A program made the position numbers and the translations under genes. A stretch of DNA of 64,000 bases. Origin: Octopus vulgaris. Its lineage: Eukaryota. The notes under the pieces are model-generated. The model did no database searches and had not been told where the DNA came from. It saw only the letters and a list, made by a program, of their open reading frames with translations. The stretch spans positions 68,138,001-68,202,000 of the forward strand of contig OX597824.1 in NCBI GenBank assembly GCA_951406725.2, read 5' to 3'. Below, piece by piece: positions 24,888 through 38,776 of the stretch (its first letter is position 1; each line of letters starts with the position of its first letter).

Positions 24888-25788
24888 TACTCCAGATCAG
24901 TACTCACGTATTGATAAATTTTCTTATAGCTTCACTGATAATGTTTGCAAGGGAAATAACTCTCAGCCACACTTACCCGGAAAATTACAAGTTATTTCCC
25001 CGGAAAATGAAGCGCTGCTATAATTTTTTTGCTTCCTTCATGTATACATACGTATGTATAACTAAGGGTATACATATATGTACGTACGTATGTATGTATG
25101 TGTCTTTGTGCTTGATTCCTACTACCGCTAGACAACTGGGGTTTGCAAATCCAGTACGCAAGATACACTTTCAGTTTCATAGCTATTATTATTGGAGCAA
25201 CACAACACATACCAATCCGTCTGGGACAGAGTATGGCTGAACATGAGATCTTGGGGAGAGAATACAAGTCCTTAATTTATATGTTACAAATGATCGCGAT
25301 ATGTGAGACTATACAAATCTGAGGCTGTAGAAAATGACAATGCAATGGGACCGAACCAATGACCTTGCGATTCCAAGGCGAACTTGTTAACCATTTTACC
25401 ATGTTGCATAGAAGAAGAAGAAACAACCTTACTTGTAATTGTGTATGATTTGGTAGCATGTACCATGCTTTCGCTATTTGCTTTCGGTGCCGTTATCGAG
25501 GCGAGCAAGCAGGGACATCTTCGTAGAGAGAGAAAGAGAGAAAAAGAAAAGCAGAGAGAGGGGGTATCAGAAAGGGGGTGGAGATAGGAGGACGGAGAGC
25601 TAGGGGGAAGTGACAGAGATAAGGGGAGGGAAGGGAGAAGATGGAGGGGAGGGGATCGGATGTAGCATTGCCGAGCTTGTACTCAATTTTCCGAAATAAT
25701 GTCTTCACCACTTAACCCTTTCTAACCTCTTCTACTTCACTAAATGCTAGAATAGAGATAACAAGATCACCAACTAAATCTATTGTTC

Positions 25789-25828
25789 TCAATGATATAT
25801 CTATCCTTCTGGATAGATATATCATTGA
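25789..25828. repeat. Perfect 18-bp hairpin with 4-nt loop
   Basis: tcaatgatatatctatcc-ttct-ggatagatatatcattga. Confidence 0.9.
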
Positions 25829-26119
25829 TGACAACGAATATATCATTGGCGACAATATCATCGGTGACAACGAAGTCTGGCTGACCTCTGGGTCAGAGGG
25901 AGAAAAGAAATTTACTGTCAGCAACTGTGAGACAACACCCTACAACTCTCACTAGCTCTAATTCTGTTCTCTTACAACATTATTCTATCTCTCTCTGTAA
26001 TTACTACTAAACAATGAAGAGGACACAAACACAAACTTTACGTCGCATGCTTTTGGATTTATCATAACCTGCCCGTCGAGGCAAGGTATTGTAACGTAAC
26101 AGTATATATATATTTCCTG

Positions 26120-26358
26120 AGGGGCGGCGAACTGGCAGAAACGTTAGCACGCCGGGCGAAATGCTTAGCAGTATTTCGTCTGCTGCTATGTTCTGAGTTC
26201 AAATTCCGCCGATGTCGACTTTGTCTTTCATCCTTTCGGGATCGATTAAATAAGTACCAGTTACGTACTGGTGTCGATGTAATCGACTTAATCCGTTTGT
26301 CTGTCCTTGTTTGTCCTCACTGTGTTTAGCCCCTTGTGGATAGTAAAGAAATAGGTAA
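26120..26358 (+). mobile_element. Full-length SINE family B
   Basis: TSD atatatatttcct on both sides; A/B-box head and Nin-like domain. Confidence 0.88.
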
Positions 26359-27018
26359 ATATATATTTCCTTAAAATTTCATGCATTGTTCAACTTTCAC
26401 ATCATACAACATGCAATTATAACAACAATTTTTTATCGTTACAACTGCTGACTCCGACATTTCATATTGTTTACTAATCAATCTTACCCGTTACAATTGG
26501 TAACTACACTAATTAAAACTGAACTTTATCGAAAACTTTATCGTTACAAGTGTAACCTAACTACTCATCACGGCAAGCCAATATGCTAGGGCTCACTGTT
26601 TGGGATCACTGAAATAGTGTAAGCTGCCTCGTTAGTTTGAGGACAGTACTACAAAGTAACACTGGGTATTGAGCAGATATTTCTGAATCGTACCGGATAT
26701 TCTTGGGTACAAAAGGTGGTTAATTATTAATATGCTGCTTGTCATTGAAAATGGATTAAGTTCTAGAAACTGGTTGTCAGGATGTTAAGGTTGTCATGCC
26801 ATAGAGGTGAGTGTAGGTCAACGGAAAAAATAACAACAAAAATGACGACGACGATGACAACGACAACAACAGCATAGATTATTGGTGTCTGGGTATGATA
26901 CAACAATGGTATGGAGGTGGGGTATTTGGGGTTTACAACAACGGTATGGGGTTGGGGTGAACTGGAAATCAGAAAACATATCCATAACAACAAAAATATT
27001 CTGAATTTCGCGCGAATG

Positions 27019-27087
<69 letters not shown>

Positions 27088-27107
27088 TGTGCATGTATGT
27101 GTGTGTG

Positions 27108-27153
<46 letters not shown>

Positions 27154-27512
27154 GGTTGCGTGCGGGCGGTGTTTCTGTTTGTGGGCTGACTTGCGTACGT
27201 GCACGTGGTGTGTTTTTTTTTATAGTGAATGTTGTGTGTTTCTTTTATTTTCGGTGTGGTTGTGTATGCGCGTGTTTATTTTGTGTGTGTGCATGTCTAG
27301 GTCTACGTGTGAATGTGTGTAAATGTGATACATGTTTGCGTATGTACTTATGGTTATGTAACCTGACTGGGTGCACATGCACTAGACAATCCAGGTTGAA
27401 ATTGTGTGTATAGGTACGCACGCATACATGTGGCTATGCCCATATATATATATATATATGTCTATGTATGTGTGTAAGCATATGAATATACATGTGTATA
27501 TGCGTGTGTATG

Positions 27513-27550
<38 letters not shown>

Positions 27551-27741
27551 AATATATATATACATATGCATATACGTAACGCATGCATAAATACACACAC
27601 ACGCATACACATACACGCATAGTAAACATTTTTATACATCCTGTATATTCCGAAAGTATCCTAATGTAATCCTATTTTCCTAATAGGGTATTTAAAATCC
27701 CTATAGGAGGTTTGAATATCCTCATTATGACTAGTATATAT

Positions 27742-27800
<59 letters not shown>

Positions 27801-27844
27801 AACATACATACATATATACGTATATAAACACACACACATATATA

Positions 27845-28378
27845 CAGGGGTTGGACAAATTAATGGAAACACCTAGCATCATAGCATCATAATTTTGAAA
27901 TATCTATAAAAGCGTCAAAAGCTTGTTTATTTTTGTTTTTTGGTTATTATTATTAGTGTTGCTTAATATGTTTTGCTAAAATTGCTGTTTCTTTTCAGAT
28001 ATTATCAGAAAAAGGTAATTAAAATACATTAAAATGACAGATTTATTAGGCTTCTAAAGAGATCAAGTTGTTGGTGCTCGCATGACATGTGCTAGCGTAA
28101 CGAAAACAGCCGAAAGGTTTGGTGTATCAAGAAGTACTGTCTCGAAAGTAATCACATCCTTTGAAAAAGAGGGAAAAACCTCGTCGAAACAAAACTCCGG
28201 AAGAAAACCAAAATTTTCAGATAGGGAGCGTCGGACTCTTACGCGAAGTGTTAGAAAGGATCACAAAAGTACAGCTCCCAGAATTACTGCAGAGCTTAAT
28301 GACTACCTCGGGAACCCAGTTTCCAAAAAATGGTTCGCCGGGAGCTGCACAAAGCTGGATTTCACGGGAGGGCTGCTG
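27845..28378 (+). mobile_element. Tc1-family element, 5' part (left TIR plus HTH), truncated
   Basis: TA|caggggttggacaaattaatggaaacacc TIR; ASVTKTAERFGVSRSTVSKV...SGRKPK; ends at GFHGRAA. Confidence 0.85.
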
Positions 28379-28699
28379 ACATTAAGCTTAAGGATTATAT
28401 AATACATAAAGAAAGAATTAAAGAAAAAAGGACTCATTATATTGAATGTAATCGATAATATCGGGTGGAAATAGGGGGTGATGCTATTCCACAGTGCCTA
28501 TACACGAACCGCCTCTGATGTGTGCGTAATACTCACACCAGAAGATATAGTAGAAGATACTTGCGCAAAGTGCCACGCAGTGGAACTGAACCTGGAACCA
28601 TGTGGTTGCGGAGCAAGCATCTTACCACATAGCCACATACACAAGTATATGGGTAGATAGGTAGGTAGGTTGATAGATAGATAGATAGATAGATAGATG

Positions 28700-28790
<91 letters not shown>

Positions 28791-28830
28791 CTACTGATAT
28801 ATATCATGCATACTGACATGCGTGCGTGCG

Positions 28831-28862
<32 letters not shown>

Positions 28863-28875
28863 CGCGTGTGTGCGC

Positions 28876-28916
<41 letters not shown>

Positions 28917-29313
28917 CGCGTGTGTGTGTGTGCACAGGATAGAAAACTATGGAGAGGCAGACGGAAAAAGGAACGAGCAGAAATGTTGGGTGGTGAGGTA
29001 AAAACAATGAGATTACGAGAGGAGGAGGAGAAGGAGAGATAAGGAGAAGAGATGAAGGGTGTGGTTATTTAAAGGCGGTGCGGTGTTGCGGTAGGGTGTA
29101 GCAACTGAAGCGACAATAGGAGAATGTGTATTGGTTTAGGGTTTACTCTAACTTGATTCCACCCTGATTCCAACTGCCCTTACCGCCATCCGACCTGGGT
29201 ACTGTAGCTTGGTAACAGAGACGTGTGTTGTCATGTACTGTTGCTAGGCTGAACACAACTGTAGCACCAGCAACTACTACTACCACTACTACTACTACTA
29301 CTACTACTAATAC

Positions 29314-29361
<48 letters not shown>

Positions 29362-29904
29362 TACCAGACAGTGGCTCTCGTGGTTTCTGATCTTAACTGA
29401 TTGGAAGTGTTATCATGTACATTGTTTTGTCTTGGTATAAAAGATGGGCTACAGCAAATATTCTGCTCAATACCACAGATTTGCTTGTCAGTTGTTTGAC
29501 CTTAACCAGTTGACCATGTCCCTTAGTGGCTGACGATATGTGCATCTCTGATCATGAGCAGAAGTAGTGGGGGAACATCATAGCCGTGTGTTGAAAGGAA
29601 TTCTTAGAGATTTGGATAATTCACCTTTGGGAAGATAGGTGGTTTGTTCAACATCCTTAAACAATCCTTATTCAGGGACCGTTTGAGCGGGATGGGTTAC
29701 TCGACCAGAAGAAAATTCTAACTGGGCCCCCACCTGCAAGGTCATGCGCTGTTTATCTTGATATGAGATCACCATGTTCCGTACATATGACTGTGATGCA
29801 TGAGCGTGGTGTACTCTTATCAGACGGGTAGTCATGATGGGTATACTGGGCTTCGTATATTTTACCCTAGTGTCACTTTGATAGCATGCACTGCTCTCTC
29901 ACTC
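29362..29904. mobile_element. Second copy of the (AAT)n-embedded ~540-bp element
   Basis: Co-linear with 7261-7792, with (AAT)n on both sides. Confidence 0.8.
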
Positions 29905-29905
29905 A

Positions 29906-29974
<69 letters not shown>

Positions 29975-30419
29975 GCAGCAATAATATCTACTACAATTAC
30001 TGCTATAACAACGACAATAAACTGTACAAAACGAAAATAAACAAAACATACACAAAATGTTTCAAGAATCATATTCGTCTCTTATAGTTTACTACCAATG
30101 AAGGTGCGTGTCCTAGTGGTTAGGTTGTTTTACTCATATTCATAAGGCCACGGTTTCGATTTCTCAAACTGGGCGTTGTGTTTCGTTTCACGTTGCTCCC
30201 ACCCACTCAGCTAGCAAAAATTTGTCACCTTGCGACAGACCGTGGAAAATACTCGGCGAACTTGGATGTCCTGATCTCTTTGTAGTGACGATCAAATCAC
30301 TTCACAGTGGGTTGGAAGCATAGGTCAGTGTTGGTGGTAACGTGAGCCAATATACGTGTGTGTGTATGTGTGTGTGTATGTGTATGTGTATGTGTGTCTG
30401 CGTCTGTGTGTGTGACTGT

Positions 30420-30616
30420 GTGTCTGTGTGGTAAGACGCTTGCTTCCCAGCCACATGGTTGAGGGTTCAGTCCCACCACGTGGCACCTTCGGTGTCTTCT
30501 ACTATATATAGCCTCGTGTCGACTAAAGCCTTGTGAGCCTTCTGAGTAGATTTGGTAGACAGAAACTGAAAGAAGCCTAGCGTATATATATATATATATG
30601 TGTGTGTGTATGTGTG

Positions 30617-30658
<42 letters not shown>

Positions 30659-30893
30659 TGTGTGTGCGCGCGCGCCCTTGTGTCTTTGTTTGTCCCCCCC
30701 AACATCGCTTGACAACCGAGGTTGGTGTGTTTACGACCCGTAACTTAGCGGTTCGGCAAAAGAATCCGATAGAATAAGTAGTAGGCTTACAAAGAATAAG
30801 TCCCGGGGTCGATTTGCTCGACTAAAACCTTCTAGGTGGTGCTCCAGCATGGCCGCAGTCAAATGACTGAAGCAAGTAAAAAAATAAAAGTAA
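30420..30893 (+). mobile_element. SINE family C with expanded internal (TA)/(TG) microsatellite
   Basis: Homologous to 48688-49086. Confidence 0.8.
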
Positions 30894-31467
30894 AACTATA
30901 CATCATCGTTTTATGAACGCTTTCCATGCTGACACGGATAGATTGTTTTAATGGTCCGAATCGGTTCCCACTCGGAGTTAGTACCCTCTTAGACATGTCT
31001 TTGGAACACGTCTTGCTCCCCTGTTCTGTTCTGTTCTGCTAGGGTTTCTATAGCTGGAAGCCTTTTCTAACACCAGCCACTTTACAGAGTGTACTGAATG
31101 CATTTTATTAGAACATCGGCACCTGACATGTTGACATGTCTTCAACAAGGCAAGACTCAAGAACCCTCTCCCGATTTCGTTCAACATACTTTCAGGGTGT
31201 ACTGAGTGCATTTTATCAAAGCACAAACATTAATCTAACACCTCATTGCTCTGCTCTTTCCCTGCTCGTTCAAGCCAAGGAAACTAACAGAAAAGAAGGT
31301 AGAAGACAGAGCAGAAGATGGATTAAGGTGGACGATAGAATGAAGCTAGAATATAAGGGGCAAAGCAAAGCGAGTGGTATGATTGAATGGCGGGAGAAAT
31401 GAGACAGTGTTATAAACAATAATGGACAAGTAGATAATGTAATGAGAGAGGCAATAATGATAAAGGA

Positions 31468-31500
<33 letters not shown>

Positions 31501-31501
31501 T

Positions 31502-31798
31502 GTTCCTTTTCAAGTCATGCCTGGCTCATAAGGCCGGTTTCCCGGTTTCCTTGGCGTATAGATTCCCCACCTGGAGGGGACGCCAGTCCGCCGCAGGTGA
31601 GCTGCAAGGTGCAAGAGAAAAGAGTGAGAGAAAGTTGTGGTGAAAGAGTCAGCAGAAGTTCGCCATTACCTTCTGCCGGAGCCGCGTGGAGCTTAGGTGT
31701 TTCGCTCATAAACACACACATCGCCCGGTTTGAGATTCGAACTGGCGATCCCTCAACCGCGAGTCCGCTGCTCTAACCACTAGGCAATGTTCCTCCAC
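31502..31798 (-). mobile_element. SINE family D (tRNA head, V-domain-like 3' part)
   Basis: Minus strand has cctagtggttagagcagcggactcgcgg...gttcgaatctc and cctgcggcggactggcgtccc.ccagg. Other copies at 36320-36604(-), 53629-53808(+) and 59666-59942(+). Confidence 0.8.
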
Positions 31799-32143
31799 AA
31801 TGATAAAGGTTAACAGGAGAAAAATACTAACGGCTGTTATAGGCTTGCTGGACTAATAATTTTTGTAAAGAATGAGATTCTATCATTAATGTGTCATATA
31901 GAGAAGAGTGGTGGGTAGGAGTACAGAAGGGCGACAAAATTTTGTAAGAGAAAAAGATAGATAGATAGATAGATAGACAGACAGACGAAAAGTCGCGACG
32001 GCCATTGAAAGAGAGCCAATAATTGTCAATAAAAAGTGTGACGTAAGGAAGAGTGAGTGATAACTGGTATTATAGAAGGGCTGGAAGTCATAGCTACCAG
32101 TACGAGAAGGTGGGTATCAGACCCCAACATATCCAGTGCAATA

Positions 32144-33016
32144 TCAGCTGAATAAACATTGCTGTTGTTTGTCAACAACAACTATAGGCGGTGTATATTC
32201 GTTTGTCACTGTTATTTATGACAACATTCGTGCATTTGTACAGGTTTTAGCTTTAAGGCTTTAGGGTTAGGGTTTTAAGGTTAGGGTTAGGGTTTTAGGG
32301 TTAGGGTTAGGGTTCTAGGGTTAGGGTTAGGGTTATGGTTTTAGAGACAGGGTTAGAGCTATCGTTAAGGTTTTAGGGTTAGGGTTAAGGTTTTAGAGTT
32401 AGGGTTAGGGTTAGGGTTAGGGTTAGGGTTAGGGTTAAGGTTTTAGAGTTAGGGTTAGGGTTAAGGTTTTAGAGAGTTAGGGTTAGGGTTAGGGTTAAGG
32501 TTTTAGGGTTAGGGTTAGGGTTGAAGTTTTAGGGTTAGAATTACGGAAAAAAGTGAAAAATGAAGAAATTGGAGGGTTAGGGGCAGGGACAGAAAAGTCT
32601 TTCCGAAAATAGTAGCTGAAAAACAAGAAAAAATACTAAAAGCAATAGAAATGCACGAACAATTATGGTGGTGTCATGAAGTAAACATGCTTCAGATGCA
32701 CTCGTTTATTCATACAAAGATAACTGAGATGAAATATGTCATAAATAACAGTGACAAACGAAATATACACTGCTGGAAGTTGTTGTTGACAAACAACAGC
32801 AGTAATTTTATTTAGCTGAATACACGTCATTGATTGGTTGAAATTACCAAAATACGACAACTTTAACATGAAATAACTTCGTAAACATAAACTTTTCTCA
32901 AAAACGCTAAGAGTAAAAGGTGTTTTATATGACACATTCTACCAGTATAAGAAGTTTGAAAGTGTTTAGTTACAAAAAATTATTTTCTAAATCTGCCGGT
33001 CAATAGGTAAAGATCC
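32144..33016. mobile_element. Long-TIR non-autonomous element carrying a TTAGGG array (left end truncated)
   Basis: Co-linear with 37198-38146; ends ggtaaagatcc. Confidence 0.85.
32247..32538 (+). repeat. Interstitial telomere-like array (TTAGGG, TTAAGG and TTTTAGGG variants)
   Basis: Directly visible. Confidence 0.95.
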
Positions 33017-33019
33017 ACT

Positions 33020-33725
33020 TGCTGTTCTTTATTGTCATGACATAAAAGCAAACACTTTTTTGCATAGTAATGTTACGTGTGATGATAAATGGATTCTTTT
33101 CAACAATAGCAAACGTTCTGCATGGTAGTTGAATAGAAACGAAATGCCAAACCACAATCCAAAATACAGTATTCACCAAAAGAGCTAATGATGTCTGTTT
33201 GGTGATCCAGCGCTGATGTCATCTACAACAGCTTCATGAGACCTGATAAGTTAATTACAGCGAATATATACATCAACCAATTGGATGAAATGATGAGTAA
33301 ACTTGCAATTAAACAACCGAGATTGATCAATAGAAACAGGCGAATTCTCTTTCAAAACAAAGCTCGACCACATGTTGGACAAAGAACGCTACTCAAGTTA
33401 CAGGAACTGAACTTGAAAGTACTCTGTCATCCACCATATTCACCAAACCTTACACCAATTGACTATCACGTTTTCCAGGCATTAGACAACATTTTACAAG
33501 GAAAAATCTTCAAATCTGAAGAAGATGCAAAAACAGCCTTTCATGATTTCATCACCTCTTGTTCTCCCAAATTCTTCGCTGTCTGCATAAATAAGCTAGC
33601 AATAAAATGGCAAAACTGTGTTGATAATTTAGGTGCATATTTTGATTAACTGCGTAGCATTTTGTTGAGATAAAGTAAAATAAACTTTCAGTTCAAAATC
33701 GGACATTTCATTCTTAATGACCTGT
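33020..33725 (+). mobile_element. mariner transposase 3' relic plus right end
   Basis: VTCDDKWILFNN, FQNKARPH and HPPYSPNLTPIDYH motifs; ends in a TA run. Confidence 0.85.
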
Positions 33726-33889
33726 TATATATATATATATATATACACACACACATATACATATACATATATATATGTGTGTATGTATGGAAAGAGAGGG
33801 GGAAGAATGAGAGAGAGAGAGAAATAGGTATAGATACATGCATACATACATACATACATACATACATACATACATGCATACATACATAA

Positions 33890-33920
<31 letters not shown>

Positions 33921-34199
33921 CATACATACATACATACATACATACATACATACATACATACATACATACATACATACATACATACATACATACATGTACA
34001 TACATACATAATTTTGCACTCAGTCGTAGATAATTTAGTTTGTTAAATCAGAGTCAAACAAGATTAATTTTCTAAGGCGGAATAACATAAACAGTGACTA
34101 GTTGTACCGGAGCTCTTTTGTTCTGGGAAATGGCTGCGGTGTCTTTCTTCGCACTTTGTAAAGTCAAGGAGATTATCTTGGATGAATGGGATTATATCG

Positions 34200-35112
34200 T
34201 TGCTGTTTGTGTCGGTTGTTGTTGATAGTGGTGCTGGCTGTGGCGGTAGAGATGTGGTTGTTGTTGTTGGTGGTGGTGGTGGAGGTAGTAGTGGTTGTGG
34301 TGGTTGTGGTGATGGTGGTGGTGGTGGTGGGTGCGGTGTCATTTGTGTAGGTGGTAGTGGTTGCAGTATTATTTCTGTTGTTGCTGTTATTAGTATTGCT
34401 ACTGTTGTTGGTGGTGACAGCAGCGGCGGCGGCGGTGGCGGCGGTGGTAGCAGCGACGGTGGTGGTGGTAGTGATGGTGGTGATGGAGGTTTTGGTGGTG
34501 GTGGTGGTAGTGGTGGTGGTGGTAGTGGTGGTGATGGTGGTGGTGGTATTGTGGTGGTGGTGATTTTGGTGGTGGTGGTTTGGCCATGTTTCTTATAGGC
34601 CCTTCCCACGCCTCAACCCGCCACTACAGATTGCTGGCACCTCTACTGTCGCCATGGTTACTCATTGAATCTTTCCTCACCACCTTCACCAACACCACCA
34701 ACACCAACCACAACAACAACACTAATACCACCACCAACCACAACAACAGCATCACTACTTCCAGCACTAACACAACCACTACCAACACCACTACCACCGA
34801 CACAACTGCCTCTACTATCACAATCATTACCACCATTGCTAATACCACAACCATTACCTCCATCACTACCACTACCACTACCACCATAGTCAGCACCATC
34901 ATTACCAACAGTAATACTACCAACACCACGAAACCACAACCAATACTACCACAATCATCACTACAACTACCACTATCACCACTGCAACTACCATTGTCAC
35001 CATCACCCTTACCACCACTCTCAACATTACCACCATCATTCCACCACCAACATTACTACTACTGCTATCATAGACATCGCCAAAATCAACAACACCAATA
35101 CCACCATCACCA
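34200..35112. repeat. Degenerate (GGT)n tract followed by a degenerate (ACC)n tract
   Basis: GGT-rich at about 34200-34580 and ACC-rich at about 34675-35112. Confidence 0.85.
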
Positions 35113-35213
35113 TTACAAGTCAACAAAAGGACTATTAGCCAACAGAGAAACGTTTTTGCCATCTCTTCAGCCCGTTTGAAATAGCAACCAAATCTCTCTC
35201 TAAGCAATCGCCA

Positions 35214-35806
35214 CTAGAGCCGAAGCAAGGAAGTGCTGGGCCAAACTAGAGAATTGTCAGTTGGGCCTTCTACTCTACAAAAACTTAAAATTGATGTTTT
35301 ATGTTTCGTCTAGTACGCTAGACCGGTACAAAAAGCGTTGAGGGCTTGGAGGCGCCTCTGTTAGCCACAATGATATGCTAAAACTTGAAAGCTCACATGA
35401 AAGTTTTAATGTTTTATTACAAGTCAAGATAATTAGTGATATACTGCTTGTGAACAGGCCTTGTACTTGAGATAATTCAGCTGAGCTGACTATGAAACCT
35501 TACCTATCAGACGTTGCCAGGCACTCATTTTACAGAAAATTCTCTTAAATAAGACGTCTTTCTAACGCCATGAGGTATATCCGCTTGTCGTCCGAAAAGA
35601 TAAAAGAATCGTGTGGGTACTTTTGCTTGATGCAGTCAAAGGGTTTAATTCATCATAGCGTCCGCCGCTTGAGTGTGTAGGCGGGGGAGGCCTCCTTTGG
35701 TGTGTGGCAATTTCTTAGTGTGAGGTTCTCTCTTGGCGCGGGGTCCACACTTGGCACGGTGCCCAATTTGAAAAAAAATTGCCAAATTGTCTTAAAACCA
35801 GCTCTG
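35214..35806. mobile_element. Possible old hAT-type non-autonomous element
   Basis: Ends tagagccg... and ...ccagctctg resemble CAGGGCCGG-type TIRs; no TSD recognised. Confidence 0.3.
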
Positions 35807-36810
35807 CTTGGAAAAGAACATTTTGTATACTATTAGTTTTGATGGGGTCTACCTACGACAAAGATGGAAATGCCATGTTGAGAATAACTTTGATTATAAC
35901 TCTGATATTCAATTATGGCAGATGTGGAGCTAAACAACAATAAAGCAACAACAGTCAAAATGGCTTCGGCACAAACGATGCTATCGTTATCTCAAATACA
36001 AATGTATGTTGTTGGTTGACCTGCTAGAAACACCAGCCAAATCTCCTTTAAATTACATCTTAGCATCTTGAATAGAGGAGGGATAAAACATATTGAATAT
36101 TGTAATTCTGGATATGCAACGCGTTAGAGAAAGGTGAGGTGGCTACGGCTAGAATGCCACTGATCGTAGTCATTGGTAGGATTGATTTTGGTTTATATAT
36201 TCTTATCTTTGATAGTTCATGCGTCAAAGTTTACAATGACCTGAGAATTGTCAAATAAGAAAATAAAGAAAGAAAATATCACACTAACCATATTTTTTAT
36301 TTTTTTATGTGTTCTTTTCAAGCCTTGCCAGGCTTATGGGCCCGGTTTCCCGGTTTCTGTGGCGTATGTATTCCCCCCAGCTGGACGAGACGCCAGTCCA
36401 TCACAGCGTTACCCAAGAAACAGGAAGAAAGAGTGAGAGAAAGTCGGGGCGAAAGAGTATAACAGGGGTCGCCACCACCCCCTGCCGGAGTCTCGTGGAG
36501 CCTTTAGGTGTTTTCGCTCAATAAACACACACAACTGGGAATCGAAACCACGATCCTCCGACCGCGAGTCCGCTGCCCTAACCACTGGGCCATTGCGCCT
36601 CCACACACTAACCATATACACAGTCATATTTGATTTACATATGTACATCATTATTGAATGACAAGAGATTCCTCTAAATTTATCTGCCCTTTGATAGAAT
36701 TGTTTTTCATACTGCAGGATTCCACAACCCTATCATGAAACAGGTTTGCACTGGATCACGTCATAAGTAGCGCTCACAAACGACACGACTCACACACGCG
36801 CACGCCTCCA

Positions 36811-36880
<70 letters not shown>

Positions 36881-37197
36881 TTTTAATACTGGGCTGGATT
36901 TATCATATACACTGAAGGGGCAGGGGAGAAATTATTTTATGTTCATAAATATGCGACAATTCTATCACGGAATGGAAACTACTTTTAATTTCAAATTCAA
37001 ACAAAGGTTCGGCGGCTTCTGTATTTCTATTGTGAATGGGTCACAAGTTCGGCTGTTTTAATGTTTCTATTGTGAACAGGTCATGAAAACCTAAAAAATA
37101 ACCTGATCTTTATCTCTTGACTGGATTTGTTGCTAATAGTGACAGTTGTACTTTCGTTCTTGAATTGTAATATATTTGTTAATCTAGCATATATCTG

Positions 37198-38146
37198 GGA
37201 TCTTTACCCTTTGAACGACAGATCGAGAAATTAATTCTTTTTAACTAAACACTTTCAAACTTCGGACACTGGTAGAAGGTGTCATATGAAACATCTTTTA
37301 CTCTTAGTGGTGTTCAGAAAAGTTTATATTTTCAAAGTTATTTCGTGTTAAAGTTGTAGTATTTCGGTAATTTCAACCAATCAATGACATGTATTCAGCT
37401 GAATAAAATTATCGCTGTTGTTTGTCAACAACAACTATCGGCGGTGTATATTTCGTTTGTCACTGTTATTTATGACATCGTTCGTGCGTTTGTACTGGTT
37501 TTAGCTTTAGGGTTTTAGGGTTAGAGTTAGGGTTTTAGGGTTAAGGTTAGGGTTTTAGGGTTAGGGTGAGGGTTTTAGGATTAAGGTTAGGGTTTTAAGG
37601 TTAGGGTTTTAGAGTTAGGGTTATGGTTAGGGTTTTAGGGTTAGGGTTAGGGTTGGGGTTTTAGGGTTATAGTTACGGAAAAAATGAAAAATGAAGAAAT
37701 TGGATGGGTAGGGCAGATGGGGGGAGTCTTTCCGAAAATAGTAGCTGGTAAACAGGGAAAAAAACCTAAAAGCAGTAGAAATGCACGAACAATTATGGTG
37801 GTGCCATGAAGTAAACATGCTTCAGATACACTCGTTTATTCATACGAACGTAACTGAGATGAAATATGTCATAAATAACAGTGACAAACGAAATATACAC
37901 CGCCGGAAGTTGTTGTTGACAAACAACAGCAGTAATTTTATTCAGCTGAATACACGTCATTGATTGGTTGAAATTACCGAAATACGAGAACTTTAACACG
38001 AAATAACTTCGTAAATATAAACTTTTTTCAAAAACGCTAGGAGTAAAAGACGTTTTATATGATACATTCTAGCAGTATCCGAAGTTTGAATGTGTTTAGT
38101 TACAAAAAATTATTTTCTAAATCTGCCGGTCAAAAGGTAAAGATCC
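37198..38146. mobile_element. Complete 949-bp long-TIR element with an internal TTAGGG-type array
   Basis: About 280-bp imperfect TIRs (37198-37478 and 37866-38146) with termini GGATCTTTACC...GGTAAAGATCC; array at 37507-37668; no ORF. Confidence 0.9.
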
Positions 38147-38479
38147 GGAATTTCCTATTAGAAACTCTTCAGACAGAGAAATTAAACAATGTTATTTAAT
38201 CAACTATTTAATTTCTAAGAGGAAATGTTTTACATTTTTATCTAACATATAAATTTCTGTAATTCCTATTCGTAAGCGAAACACGAGTAATGGTGAGTAA
38301 ATGATACCAATAAATTTTCCAACTTCCTCTTTTGTTATACAATAACTCTGCAAACAATATTTTCAAAATGTTCAACTTTAATATATACCATCAACACATA
38401 TGGATTGCAGTAATAGAATATGATGTACGTCAAGAGGAAACAGGTGGGATTTACCCTACCTACCAACATAATACATACA

Positions 38480-38538
<59 letters not shown>

Positions 38539-38661
38539 ACGCGAATAACAGAAAATGGAATGAACTGTCGATGTGCTTTGCATAGTGTACAAGTGTTTTT
38601 AGCCAAATCGTATTTCAGTATGTGTATGTGCGTGAGCATCATACATACATACATACATACA

Positions 38662-38697
<36 letters not shown>

Positions 38698-38706
38698 TAT
38701 ACATAT

Positions 38707-38776
<70 letters not shown>

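Noticed and set aside
27845-28378. Tc1 5' half and the 1-755 3' half as one rearranged element
   Set aside because: The TIRs are related, but the apparent complementarity at GRAA coincides with the arbitrary window start and the nucleotide sequences differ.
32247-32538. TTAGGG array as a true telomere or chromosome-fusion scar
   Set aside because: It is short, degenerate, in a single orientation, and sits at the same internal position of a TIR element in two copies.
34064-35207. Pro/Thr/Gly-rich ORFs resembling mucin or extensin
   Set aside because: They are open in several frames on both strands because of trinucleotide composition; no splice or homology support is visible.
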